A stretch of DNA of 64,000 bases, from the NCBI RefSeq assembly GCF_018350175.1, contig NC_058368.1, positions 8,556,001 to 8,620,000 on the forward strand, in the 5' to 3' direction. The DNA is from Felis catus (Eukaryota). The notes below the pieces were generated by a model. It was not told the origin of the DNA. It worked only from the letters and a program-made list of their open reading frames with translations, and searched no databases. The position numbers and the translations under genes were made by a program. This document shows positions 1 through 12,942 of this stretch, one piece after another. Numbering within the stretch: position 1 is the first letter of the stretch; every line of letters starts with the position of its first letter.

Positions 1-242
1 GTGGTTGACAAGCGTTTCGCCATCCTAGACCCTAAAGCATTGCATCTAGGAGGCCAGCGTTGAGAGGACAGGACCGGCTGGAGATGCCAAAGTGTTCGTT
101 TGTCCGTGGATGGATGGTGGGCAAAGCCTGACGCTCCCTCTGCTGGGCCGCCACTCTCCGGTGCCATCTCACCTTCACCTTCCCAGGTGACTTAAACACT
201 TGATGTGGGTTTGAATTATGCGCTTTGAAATAGCAGGATCTA

Positions 243-466
243 GGGCCGCCTGGGTGGCTCAGTCGGGTAAGCGGCCGACTTCGGCTCAGGTCATGATCTT
301 GCGGTCTCTGGGTTCGAGCCCCGCATCGGGCTCTGTGCTGACGGCTCAGAGCCTGGAGCCTGTTTCAGATTCTGTGTCTCCCTCTCTCTGACCCTCCCCT
401 GTTCATGTTCTGTCTCTCTCTGTCTCAAAAATAAATAAAAACATTAAAGAAAAAACTAAAAAAAAA
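243..466 (+). mobile_element. CanSINE (feline SINEC type)
   Basis: GGGCCGCCTGGGTGGCTCAGTCGG head, (CT)-rich region and A tail. 16-bp TSD gaaatagcaggatcta (227-242) / gaaattgcatgatcta (467-482). Confidence 0.95.
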
Positions 467-1191
467 GAAATTGCATGATCTAACATATTAATGGTTTTAC
501 TTCACACATAAAATTTGGAAAAACTGAAAAGTGCTAAAAAATAAACTTAGTTGAGATTTATCTAACAACAGTCAAGTTTTGAGGCATGAAAGGTCTTTAA
601 GAATGTACCAGTGGCACAAAAATACAACTACCGGGAAGAGAGACAGGCATTCTGAGTTCCCTCTGACGATGACTTATTTGTGTTCACACATTTGTGGTGA
701 GGGTGACACTTCCTCAGAGGTCAGCTCGGCCTCCAGAAGTGCACATACCTACAAGGGACTCTTCCGTCCCAGCTCCTTCAAGACTCCAGTCCTTTCTCAT
801 GGGCATCTGGTCTTAATTTAGAGAGATTGTGTCCGCATGGGTCATCATTAGGGACCCAACAAAGCCTTGGGACAACGTTGAGTGTCACTCCTATGGGACA
901 CTGAAAATGTGAAATCCTTTCTTAGTGCTGTTGGGAGGACCGCCCAGCATAGGCTCAGGGACAGACAGTGAGGAGTTCTTGCTCCAGAGCTTTTGGGGGA
1001 TGGCTGTGTTCCCATTGGCCCCGGAGCCCCGGAGCCAGGCCGGTGGCCCTTTGCTTGGCCTAGCTGGCTTATTCCAGGCAGCAGGCCCTCTCCCGTCTTG
1101 GGCAACTTGGCTAGAGTCCCCCCCCCCCCCCCCCCCGCCCCCAGGCTACCAGGACCTGCTCTGGCAATATGCCTGATTGCTTTTTCCCCCC

Positions 1192-1408
1192 AATGTTTAG
1201 TTTTGAGAGAGAGAGAGAGAGAGAGGAAGACACAAATAGCGAATGAGAGAGGGACAGAGAGAGAGAGAGGGAGACACAGAATCCGAAGGGGGCTCCAGGG
1301 TCTGAGCTGTCAGTGCAGAGCTGGACACGGGGTTCGAACTCACGAACCTCAAGATCATGACCTGAGCCGAAGTTGGTTGCTTAACTGACTGAGCCACCCA
1401 CGTGCCCC
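1192..1408 (-). mobile_element. CanSINE
   Basis: Reverse SINEC motifs: (GA)n, gggttcgaactcacgaacc, tgagccacccacgtgcccc. Confidence 0.93.
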
Positions 1409-1963
1409 ACCCCCAATTATTTCTTTTCTTTCTGCAAAAATCCTTCCATCTTTCTTCATGTTTTCCTAGGAGATACTCCCCTTTACATCAAACACAATCT
1501 TTTTTTTTTCTTTAATTTCATGAGGGTCCATTAAATGCAGAACCAAAGTCATGATCCAGTAAAAAACTGTTAATAGTATCTCTTCATTTGAGGGCTAGGA
1601 GGGCTTACCCGTCAGACTCTCCCAGGAAATGAAGGGAAATATCTGCATACCATCCTTCTGGAGGAAAAAGGACAAAGAAAAGCCAGACAGCTAGGATACC
1701 ACATTAAAGCGGTCTGAATGCTCACTCCTGCCATGACTTCCTGCTGACCACCTCGGTAGGGAGTCTCTCGGTTTGTTCCTTCACTGCAAAAAGTCTTCCA
1801 GCTGGGGAGAGTGTGGTTCACCCAACACTATAATTCACAGGGCTGTGGAGAAAAAGAAAACGTATTCATTTATTCAGTAATCCCTGGACGCACATTTACT
1901 ATGTGTCATCCCAGATCACAAAAGTAAACACGGACAGATCTGTCTACGTTAAAAGTGTCTTCT

Positions 1964-2158
1964 GGGGCGCCTGGGTGACTCAGTCGGTGGAGCGACCGAC
2001 TCTTGTTTTCGGCTCAGGTCATGATCTCACAGTCCGTGAGTTCGAGCCCCACATCGGCTTCTGTGCTGACAGTGCAGAGCCTCTTTGGGATTCTCTCTCT
2101 CTCTCTGCCACCCCTCCCCCCGGTCTCTCTCTAAAAATAAATATATAAACTTAAAAAT
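1964..2158 (+). mobile_element. CanSINE
   Basis: ggggcgcctgggtgactcagtcgg head, ggctcaggtcatgatctc core and A-rich tail. Confidence 0.93.
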
Positions 2159-2717
2159 AATTGCCTTCTCTTTGTTTTGAAGCAGTCAGCTAAATCAGGA
2201 AGGAAACCATCCAGATTCCAACAGATTGGCATACACAATTAGTTTACAAACAAGAAAATATAACTGATAAATAAAGAAGAGTCAAGAGTCCCCAGCTATG
2301 TAATTCTAAAATTCAAAAACCTATGAAAACAAAAGGTTTTCATTCATTTGGTGGCACTGCCTGGCTGTAATCATCGTGAATATTTGTGTGTTCGCTCCTA
2401 ATGCTTCATGTGAATATCCAGCTTCCTGCTGCAGAGGTGTTAATGGGGTTAAGGAATGTGGCCAGAGAGTTCGAGTAACACGTGCTGCGCCCACCTTGAC
2501 TTAGGTGCGATCCTTGTTTTTGTATTAAAAGTGAAATGAGTGAAACTTAGGCGAAATAACTTATCTCCCTGCAGTTTATAAACCACAGTGCAGAGAGCTG
2601 ACCTCAAGCCTGTCTCCGTGTTCATGTTCTTAACCCCTTTGCTAGACTACGTACTTGAACTGCCTGTGTTAAATCATACTACTCTGCAGTATCTTTATTT
2701 TCGAACACAAGCTTAGG

Positions 2718-2920
2718 ACCAATGTTTGTTGATTTTCTGGCAGACCATGGCCTACGGGCTGGACAGCTGTTTTTGTAAGTCAATGTTACTGGAACACAGC
2801 CACACCCATTTGCTCAACCTTTTGCTTATGGCTGCTTTCAGAGCTGAGACAAGATATTGCCCATGAGCCTGAAATATTTACTCTCTGGCCCTTTAAGAAA
2901 AAAGTTTGTTGCCATCTGCC
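2718..2920. mobile_element. MER58-like hAT-Charlie non-autonomous DNA transposon
   Basis: Motifs actggaacacagccacacccatttg and gcctgaaatatttactctctggccctttaagaaaaaagtttg. Confidence 0.75.
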
Positions 2921-3320
2921 TTAGTATAATGCCAGTGACCGTTTACAGTGGTCACTGTAGGTTCAGGCTGAAGAAGTATATGAAAGAGTATAGAAGGTTT
3001 TGAAACTCTTTGGACACTGAAAGCCTAGATCTGGGAGGCATGGGGAATTTAAATTTTATTAATGGATTTTACCAAAATTTAACTAATTTCCAAGGACATC
3101 CATTGTTTTTTTCTGGTTTTATTTATTTATTTATTTATTTTTTCCTCCCTGGAGAAGTTAGCTGACACTGCATAAGGCAACGGGGACGATCGTGGAGTAC
3201 TGGTGTCAGGGATGCTCCAGGAAGGGACAGTGGGTGTTTGCAGGGACTGTAAACTTTGAGAATCTGAAGTTCATGCACGTCTGCAGAGCCACGGGATCAA
3301 AGCTGTGTAGATGTCAGTCT

Positions 3321-3535
3321 TTTTTTTTTTTTTTTAACATTTATTCATTTTGAGAGACAGAGTGCAAGCGGGGGAGGGGGAGGGACAGAATGAGAGGGAG
3401 ACACAGAATCTGACGCAGGCTCCAGGCTCTGGGCTGTCAGCACGGAGCCCGACGCGGGGCTTGAACCCACGAACCGTGAGATCATGACCTGAGCCGAAGT
3501 CGGACGCTCAACCGACTGAGCCACCCAGGCCCCCC
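3321..3535 (-). mobile_element. CanSINE
   Basis: Poly-T then reverse SINEC body. Flanked by the near-identical tgtgtagatgtcagtctt / tgtgcagctgtcagtctt. Confidence 0.95.
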
Positions 3536-4929
3536 TGTGCTGTGCAGCTGTCAGTCTTACACAGTTTTTGGCTGAGATGCTTGGCAAAGAATCTACTCTT
3601 CTCTCTCTTTCAACAACCCTAGTTTTCTGGAGATGACTTTAAAATGGTGGACTTGAGAAGTCTGAGCTTAGCTCAATTAAAGTGTTTGATTTGCAATCAA
3701 CTGATGTGAAATAGATTCTTGCAGTCCATTTTCTTTTCTCGCAAGTTTCCCCTCAAACAACAGGAGGACAGTGTAGTTACTGTCGGAAGCACATGTAGAA
3801 ACATCTGTGTATCCAAACCACAATAAGTGAGGAGGGGCTGTGAAGTGCAGAAAACCTCTAAAGAGGATGCCTTTAGTGGCAGGCGGGAACAGGTCAGTGG
3901 AGCCCACAGAGCAGGGGCCTCACCTTGGGGCACCTGTGCTTGGAGCAGTGGTGTGGGGTACGTAGGCAGGAGTCAAGAATGTCCACGGCTCTGTTTTTTA
4001 CCATAAAACAGCAGGGAGGCAGAGCTGAGAAAGGACACACGCATCTTTGCAATGATCAGTCTGTGAGGTTGGGTGTCATGAGAGTCTACAAGTAACCCTA
4101 CACCTGCCAACCTTCTCTCTCGGGAGAGAAATAAGTTAAGACACAAGCCTGTGCTCACACACACAACCTCAGGTCCCGAAGCACCTTGTTGTGGACAAAG
4201 AGAATTCTTGCCAGTTTTGAACCCAGCTTTCCAGTCTTTCCCTACATGAACGTCATGCAGAGAGCTAGGCAGATAGAAAGAGCTCACCTTATGGGTTCAC
4301 CTCTGCTTCTCACCAGCATACACTTCCTGGGCCCCGGCTGTCGAGCCTGGAACCCTAGGAAACAGAGAAAGTATTTTCTTTTGCCGCTTATCTCCCTCCT
4401 TCTTATTACCATTACTCCTCTTATTCTTCTCATTACCACAATTAGTTTCCCAGTTCTACCTGTTCTGGTTCAAGAGCACTGCAGAGTCTAGGTCTCTCCC
4501 TTAAGTAAGCTCTGGGCCCCAGATGGACCAGTCTTGGTACAGCCATTTAAAGACTAATCCCTGACCACTTGAACAATCTTGCTTCCCTTTTCTCTCCCAG
4601 TCTCTCTTACTCTACAACTTTTCTCGATTTCCTCTCTTTCTCCCCAACTCTCAAATATCCCTCAGGAGTGCTCCCGGTCTCCCTGATGTCCACCCCAGTC
4701 ATTGGGAACAGAATTATTTTCAACTCCCCCTGCCCCATATGCAGCCTCCACACCGCAAGACCCAGAGTAACTGCCAGGCCCTCCTTTCTGGTTCTACCCA
4801 TGTCCTGAGTCCCCTCAGGGGAAAGATGGGGAAGCTCTGGACTTTCTTGAGGATCTTTTGTTTCCTTCTGGACTCTCACTCATCCTCTCATGAGGTGATG
4901 TCTTCCTGTCTAGCTGCTTGCATGAGAAG

Positions 4930-6070
4930 TGTGTTCCAAGCGGAAGAAAAGCACAAATGAAGGCACTAGGGTAGGAATGAGCTTAGTTTGGTCAGAGAAC
5001 AGGAGTAAACTCAGCATGAGCTGGAGTAAGTGGCAGGTGCCTAGGAGGAGAGAAGTAGGGAGGTAGGCGATGACCAGATCACACAGGACCTTGGAGGCCC
5101 TGGCAGGGAGTTTGGGTTCGCATCCAAGTGTGAGGAGTAGCCCCCAAAAGCTTTAAACATGATCTGACTTATGGCTTACAAAGATCATCTTGGGGTCTCT
5201 GTAGAACAGAAGAGGGAAGACTGGAGTGGGAGACCAGTCAAAAGCTGGTACACTTGTACAGATGTGAGACCCTGGTAGCTGGTGGCATAGAGGGAGAAAG
5301 GGATGGAATTGCTGAGATATATGTTGGAGATAGGACCATAGGATTGGACATTGAGGGTGGGTGATGGGGAAAGAGTGGAGCCAATGAGGACTTCTAGAAT
5401 TTTGGCAGGAGCAACAGGGTGGATGGTGATGCCATTTGTTAAGAGACATTGACTAGCCAGGGGAGTGGGGGAAGGGCTGGGCCAGGGAGGCAGTACAAAG
5501 AGTTCTGTTCTGGAAATTCTGGTGGAGCAGTCACAGAGGCGATTAGATATATGAGTCAGAGCCCCAGGAGAAGTCAGGGCTAAAGGTTAAAATTTGGACT
5601 TCAGCAGATACTACTAAAGTCAAGGGAGTCAAGTGACAGATGTTAATGGGACTTCCTGTAGTGAGCATTTTGCAACCCATACAGATCTTGAGACATTACA
5701 TTGTATACCTGAAACTCTTACAATGTTATGTCAATTATACCTCAATTAAAAAAAAAAGTAAAAGCCAAGGGAATATAGCTGGGGAACAGAAGATGTCCCA
5801 GCATGGGCCCTTACATCCCAACATTTAGCCTGGGAAGCAGCAGCCAGGGTACAAAGTGGAAGTCCAGGAGAATGTGGTATCCTGAAAGCCAAGAGAAGAC
5901 AATACATCAAAGGAGCAAGGAATGGCCAATAATTTTGATTGCCACTGAGGAACCATGTAGTATGAATAGGGACAGAGAAGGGATCAGTGAATGTGACAGC
6001 ATGGAGGTCATTGATTATCCAGTATAAGTGGAATCATGGGGACAAAAGACTGATTAGCCAGATAGACAAA
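4930..6070 (-). mobile_element. L2 LINE fragments, interrupted by a short + strand L1 3' end (about 5630-5758)
   Basis: Typical L2 purine-rich motifs (gaccagatcacacaggaccttggaggcc, gtggatggtgatgccattt). The L1 tail reads cattgtatacctgaaact...tatgtcaattatacctcaattaaaaaaa. Confidence 0.75.
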
Positions 6071-7039
6071 AGGAAGTTGATCCTCAGGTGTAACCACCTC
6101 ACGCTTACGGAATGTAAGAAGCAAATAGCAGAAATGCTAGATGAAACTTGGAGTTATTTCATAATTTGAGGAGATCAGAGTGATTTTGTTTTGTTCACCG
6201 AACAAAATCAGGGTTTCTGAAAAATACTTGTGATAATTTGGAATGACTGCACTGACGTGCAGAATTTCCCAGAAAACTGCCTCTCATATGACCCAAACCG
6301 AAACAACGCTGTCAGCTGACCTCAAATGTGTTATGAGTCACACACAAAAAAATCTATTAACTTTGCAGATCATTGATACTTCTGTCTTATTGCTGTTAAT
6401 ATGCAAAACGGTATCTGGAGTCATTTTGTTGAGGTCTATTTCCTCAGCTTTGAGAAACTCAAAACAGCTGGGAAAGGAAGGCCTAGATAAGAAAGTTAAA
6501 TGAAAATGGCCCAGACAATTGAGTAAAGCATCTGAATGCCTTACTGCCACAGAACCTCAGAAGATAAATGAAAGTTCAGGAAGCCGTTGTCTGAACAGTG
6601 AAAGATGCCTATTGCAAAGCTGTGGGGAGAAAAGTTACTCTGTCATGCCTTAGTGAAAGTAATGGCTTGTTTTAAGGCTGAGCTCGCATACAGAGTTATT
6701 TTGACAACCTAAGGATAATGATGACAAAGATGATGATTACAACTGAGGAGTGATTATAATATAAAACAGTATTTACTGTGCAAACAAACTTATGAGGTAG
6801 GTTTTTTTTTTCATTATCTTTTTGTGTTTTTCAGATAAGGCTCAGCATTCACAAGGTCAAAAGCTAGTAATGCAGAGTAATGCTACCTGTATCCAAATCG
6901 AGATCTGCGTAGTAAACAGTTCCCATCACTGATCAGCAGGTGGACAGAGCCTTGCCAATGAGCTGTACCTGGTGGTCTCAAATCACTCTTTCCCCAGGGC
7001 AAATGCCGGGATCCAGTTTGGGGAGGTTTGCGTGTCGAA

Positions 7040-9830
7040 GTCAATATACCTTTACAAACCTGTTATAGACCTTTGTCACCACAGCGACGACCCAGAATCT
7101 TCCCGGTGTCCCCCAGACTTCTCTTCTGCCCCTTACCAGGCAATCTCCCCTCCTACTGCCCCACCCCAGGCAAACATCGATCTGCCTTCTGCCGTTGTAG
7201 ATTATGTTTTCTAGACTTCCATATAAGCGGAATCACACAGTATGTACTCTTTTTGTATCTGGCGCCTGTCGCTCAGCGTGTTTTTGAGATCCACCCGTGA
7301 TGGTGCCTTCATCCATAGTGGGTTACTTTTATTGCTGAGTAGTGAATGGATGGCTGTACCACAGTTTGAATCTCCATTCACCTGTTGCTGGACTTTGTCG
7401 GTTTTCGGCTGTAACAAATGAAAATACTAGGGATGTTCATACATAGATCTTTTTGTGGACATCTATAGTTTCATTTCTCTTGAGCAAATACCTAGAAGCG
7501 GAATTGCAGGTTTTCATAGTATGTTTAATTTAGATGCAAATGTCAAACTATTTTCCAAAGTGGCTTACCTATCCTACATTGCCATGCGGACTCTGTGTGA
7601 GTTCCAGTTGTTTCATATCCTCACCAACATTTGCTATTATTAGTCTTCTTAATATTCGTCATTCTGATGGGCATGCAGCTATATAAAATTATAATTAGTT
7701 TTAATTTCCATTTCGCTAATACCTAATGATGCTGGCCATCTTTTCATGTGTTTATTTGCATTCATAGATCTTTTTTTGAAGTATTTGTTCACATCTTTTG
7801 ACCATTTAAAAAATTTGATTGTTACTTGATTGTTTTTTTATTTGATTATTTTTTTATTCAGTTGTAAAATGTTTTTATATATTCCGAATACAAGTTTTCT
7901 TTGACATGTGACTTTCAAAAATCTTTTCTTCTGCTATTTGCCTTGATGTTCAAAAAAAATTATTTATTTAAATTCAAGTTAGTTAACATACAGTGTAGCA
8001 TTGGTTCCAGGAGTAGAACCCAGTAATTCATTGCTTACATATAATACCCAGTGCCCATCCTGACAAGTGCCCTCCTTAAAGCCCATCACCCATTTAGCCC
8101 GTCCCATCACCCAACACCCCTCCAGCAACACTCAGTTTGTTCTCTGTAGTTAAGAGTCTCTTATGGTTTGCCTCCCTCTCTGTTTTTATCTTGTTTTTCC
8201 TTCCCTTCCCCCATGTTCATCTGTTGTGTTTCTTAAATTCCACATATGAGTGAAGTCATACGAAATTCATCTTTCTCTGACTGGCATATTTTGCTTAGCA
8301 CAATACACTCTAGTTCCATCCATGTTGTTGCAAATGGCAAGATTTCATTCTTTTTGATCACTGAGTAGTATTCCGTTTTGTGTATATATCACATCTTCTT
8401 TATCCATTCATCAGCTGATGGACATTTGAGCTTTTTCCATAATCTGGCTATTGTTGATAGTGCTGCTATAAACGTTGGGGGTGCATGTGCCCCTTCAAAT
8501 CAGCATTTTTCTATCCTTTGGATAAATACCTAGTAGTGCAATTGCTAGGTCGTAGGGTAATTCTATTTTTAAGTTTTTGAGGACCCTCCACACTGTCCTC
8601 CAGAGTGGCTGTACCAGTTTGCATTCTCACCAACCGTGCAAGAGGGTTCTACTTTCTCCACATCCTTTCCAACACCTGTTGTTTCCTGACTTGTTAATTT
8701 TAGCCATTCTCACAGGTGTGAGGTGGTATCTCACTGTGGTTTTGATTTGTATTTCTCTGTTATGAGTGAGGTTGGGAATCTTTTCATGTGTCTATTAGCC
8801 ATCTGGATATCTTATTCGGATATGTGTATATTCATGTCTCCTTTCCATTTCTTCACTGGTTTATTTGTTTTTTGGGTATTGAGTTTGATAAGTTCTTTAT
8901 AGATTTTGGATACTGACCCTTTATTCGATATGTCATTTGCAAATACCTTCTCCCATTCCATCAGTTGCCTTTTAGTTTTGTTGATTGTTTCCTTTGCAGT
9001 GCAGAAGCTTTTTATCTGGATGAGATCCTCATAGCTCATTTTTGTTTTTATTTCCCTTGCCTCTGGAGACATGTCTAGTAAGAAGTTGTCTTGACTTTTA
9101 ATTCTCTTCACAATGTCTTTTAAAACATAGGCTTTTAATTTTGATAAATTCCAGTTTATAAGATTTTTTTTAATGATTTTTGATTTTTGCTTCCTATCTA
9201 AGAAACTTTGCCTAACCGAAGGTCTCAAAGATTTTTTTTTCTATATTTTATACAAGTTCCATTGTTTTACTTCTTATTTTGAGGCCTATGATCCATTTTG
9301 AATTAACTTTATAGGTGGTGTGAAGTATGGACTAAGGCTCATTTTTTTGGGGGGGGTGCATATAGTGTCCAATTTTTCCAACACTGTTTCTTGAAAGTAT
9401 TATCCTTTTTCCATTGAAAATCAATTGACCATATAAATTTCAGACTATTTCTGGATCCTACATTCTGTTCCATTGATCTACATGTCTCTCCTCATGCCAA
9501 TACCACACTCTCCCAGATACTGTAGATTTGTAGTAGGTCTTGAAATTAGGTTGTGTACATTTCACAACTTGTTATTCTTTCTCATAATTGACTCTTCTAG
9601 ATCATCTAAACTTCCATACATATTTTAGAGTCAGCTTGCCAACTTCTAATAAATATACTTGCCGTAGTTTTGATTGAGATTGTGTTGGATGTACAGATTG
9701 ATTTGGGAAGAATTGAGATTTTTAACATTAAGATTTCCAACCCATAAGCACAGTATATCTCTTAATTATTTGGGCCTCCTTTAATTTCTCTCAGCATGAC
9801 TTTTCAGTTTATTGTTTAAAAGAATCTCTA
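7040..9830 (-). mobile_element. Old L1 (L1M-type) 3' region/ORF2 remnant, split by a younger L1
   Basis: L1 3'UTR and ORF2 motifs in reverse (ttctcttgagcaaatacctagaagcggaattgc; ttttgattgagattgtgttggatgtacagattgatttggg). Confidence 0.8.
7960..9088 (-). mobile_element. Carnivore L1, 5'-truncated (ORF2 C-terminus plus 3'UTR)
   Basis: Carnivore L1 3'UTR (aagagtctcttatggtttgcctccctctct). The ORF2 peptide IKSFCTAKETINKTKRQLMEWEKVFANDISNKG lies in ORF 8812..9228. Confidence 0.9.
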
Positions 9831-9834
9831 TGTA

Positions 9835-10295
9835 TTAACAGCAGCATTATTCACAATAGCCAAGAAGCAATCCAAGTGTCCATGTGTCCATGTATGAATG
9901 GATAAACAAGATGTAGTATATACATACAATAGAATATTTTTCAACCTCGAAAAGGAAAAAAAATTTGACACATGCTACAACACGCATGAGCCTTGAAGAC
10001 ATTATATTAAGTGAAGTAAAGCTATCATAAAAAGAAAATCACTATAGGATTCTACTTGGTGCACCTGGGTGGCTCAGTCAGTGAAGCATCCAACTTCCTG
10101 ATTTTGGCTCAGGTCATGATCCCAGTTTGTGATTTGAGGCGCCACATCGGGCTCTGTGGTGGCAGTGCGGAGCCTGCTTGGGATTCTTCCTCTCTCCCCT
10201 GCTTGCTCTCTTTCTCTCAAAATAAATAAATAAACATTAAAAATGGTTAAGATGATAAACTTTATGTCATGTGTATCTTACTACAAGTAAAAATC
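9835..10295 (+). mobile_element. L1M 3' end fragment with an inserted CanSINE (10058-10238, +)
   Basis: gcagcattattcacaatagccaag...ggataaacaagatgt, then a SINE head and tail, then the L1 terminus aaaaatggttaagatgataaactttatgtcatgtg. Confidence 0.85.
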
Positions 10296-11379
10296 CTCAG
10301 TGTATTTTATATTCTTTTATATTACTGCCAAGGTGTTTTGTGTTTTGTTTTTTTTTTTTTAAGTTTCAGTTTCTAGCTATGTCATATGGATTTAGAGTAT
10401 TCATATTTGTTATTATGCAGTTAAAAAGATTGTTAAATTTCTCTTATGACTTTGTTGACCTATAGGTTATATTTGGTTGTATTGCTTATTCCCCCAAATT
10501 AAGAGATTTTTCAGATACCCTTCTGTTGGTTATCTGTTTAGTTCCATTGTGGTCAGGGGACATCCTTTGTTTGATTTGAGTCCTTATATACTCTTGAGGT
10601 TAATTTGATGACCAAAACTAGGCTTATATTTGGTATATTGTTCTATACATACTAAGAAGGTCTAGTTAGCAGATAATGTCATTTAAGACTTTTATATTTT
10701 TACTATATTTTATCCTAGCAATTACTTAGGAAGGTGAAATTAATAAATGTAAGTGTGCATTTTAAAAATTCTCCTTTCAGTGATACCAATTTTTGCTTCA
10801 TATTTTAAAGCTTTGTTATTATTTGTATGAACTCATTGGGATTTTCATGTGTTTTTATTAAACTTCCCCTTTTCATTATGAAATACATGTCTTTATCCCT
10901 GATAATATTCCTTGTTCTGAAGTCTATTTTCTCTGATAGCATAGCACTCTAGCTTTCTTTTGATTAGTATTTACCTGGTAAATCTTTTTCCATTATTTTA
11001 TTTTTAATATATTTATATTTTATATTTAAAGTAGGCTTTTAAAAATTCAGTGTGCTAACCTCTGCCTTTTAATTGAAGTCTTCTAAATCATTTACATTTA
11101 AGGAAATTATCAGTATGTTTGGGTTTAAATAGATCATCTTGTTATTGGTTTTTTTTATTTGACCCTTTTCTTTATCATTCATTTTTTCTTCTTTTACTGC
11201 CTTCATTTAGATTGATTATTCTTTAGATTCCATTTTGTCTCCATTTTTGGCTTATTAGACACAGTTCTGTCTTTTCTTTTCTTTTAGTGACTGCCTTAAG
11301 CCATCTGTTGACATACTGTTTGATAGGTTAAATCAAGCTTGTTACTTGTTTAGTGGTTACAGTGTTACCTGTTATTAGG

Positions 11380-11562
11380 CTTTATTTACTGGTAAATAAA
11401 GATTTATTGGAACATAGCCATGTTTTTTCATTTTCATATTATTCCTGGCTGCTTGTATACTACAATGACATTTTGGTGGTTGCAACATGGACGTTTGACT
11501 CCAAAAGCCTAAAATATTTACTATCTTGCTATTTATAGAAAAAGCTTATCAATCCATACTCT
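11380..11562. mobile_element. MER58-like DNA transposon
   Basis: gtaaataaagatttattggaacatagccatg...aaagcctaaaatatttactatct...atagaaaaagctt. Confidence 0.75.
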
Positions 11563-11872
11563 AGGAGTTTGAAATACATCTGTAACTTACCATAGTCTAT
11601 CTTTAAATATTATGCCATTTCATGTATATAATTAAGAACCTCACTACAGTATACTTCCATTTCCCCTCCTGTTCTTTGTGTTACTATTTTTATACATTTT
11701 ATTTCCATATATATTATAATCCCCAACATATGTATTGTTAATAAACTTTGCCTTAAACAGCTATTATCTTATTAAAAGATTTCAAAGTGTGAAAAATATT
11801 GCTTATTTTTACCTAATTTACTGCGTCTGTTCTTCATTTCTTTGGTCCCTGTTTCTATCTGGTACCATTTTT

Positions 11873-12093
11873 TGTTAAATTTGTTTTTTACATTTATTTA
11901 TTTTTGAGAAACAGAGTGAGACAAAGCGTGAGCGGGGGAGGGGCAGAGAGAGGAGGAGACGCAGAATCTGAAGCAGACTCCAGGCTCTGAGCCATCAGCA
12001 CAGACCCTGATGCGGGGCTCGAACCCACAAACTGTGAGATCATGACCTGAGCTGAAGTCAGACACTCAACTGACTGAGCCACCCAAGTGCCCC
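11873..12093 (-). mobile_element. CanSINE
   Basis: Reverse SINEC body with TSD tatctggtaccattttt on both sides. Confidence 0.95.
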
Positions 12094-12753
12094 TATCTGG
12101 TACCATTTTTGATCTGCCTTAAGAGCTTCCTTTAACATTTCTTGTTGTGCAGACTTGTAGTGATTAGTTCTTTCATTACTTATAAGTCTACCAAACTCTT
12201 CCATGTTCTTTTTTTAAACATTTTCAATGGGTATTGAAATCTAGATTGAAAATTTTTTCTCAACACTTTGAAGATTTTATTACATTGTCTTTTGGTTTAC
12301 ATAGTGGCAGACAAGACATCTTCTGTATTTCTTTTTTTCTAGTTCTCTTTATCACTGGTTTTCAGCAGTTTGCTTATCATAGGCAATGGGTTAGTTTCCT
12401 TTGTTTATTCTCTTTGGTATATATCAGGTTTCTTTGATATGTATATTTATGGTTATCAAATGTTGAAAATATAAAATATATATATTGTGAACATATTAAA
12501 TGTCTTACATATCTTATACTGTTATATTACATATTATTTATTATATTGTTATATATTTTAGATATAGATTTATAGATAATGTATAAGTTGGCTTGATAAG
12601 TTGCTACAGCTCTGACAATTTATTGTCATTCTTTTTTCTCTCCATGCTTCCTTTTTGATAGTTTTTGTTGCTATGTCTTCAGGTTTACTGATCTTTTCTT
12701 CTGCAATGTCTAATCTGCTTCTGATTTCTTCCAGTCTATTTTTTCATTTCAGG

Positions 12754-12942
12754 TTTGTTTTTTTTTTAAGAGAGAGAGAGAGCACAAGTTGGGGAGGTAC
12801 AGAGGGAGAGAAAGAGAATCTTAAGTAGGCTCCATGCCTGGCATGGAGCCCAACACAGGGCTCGATCTCACAACCATGAGATCGTGATCTGAGCTAAAAT
12901 CAAGAGTTGGACACTTAACCAACTGAGCCACCCAGGCTTCCC
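12754..12942 (-). mobile_element. CanSINE (older subfamily)
   Basis: gagagaatcttaagtaggctccatgcc...tgagccacccaggcttccc. Confidence 0.9.

Noticed and set aside
4340..4900. Possible ancient LTR (Gypsy/ERVL-like) fragment
   Set aside because: The composition is suggestive, but I cannot match termini or motifs with confidence; a Dfam search is needed.
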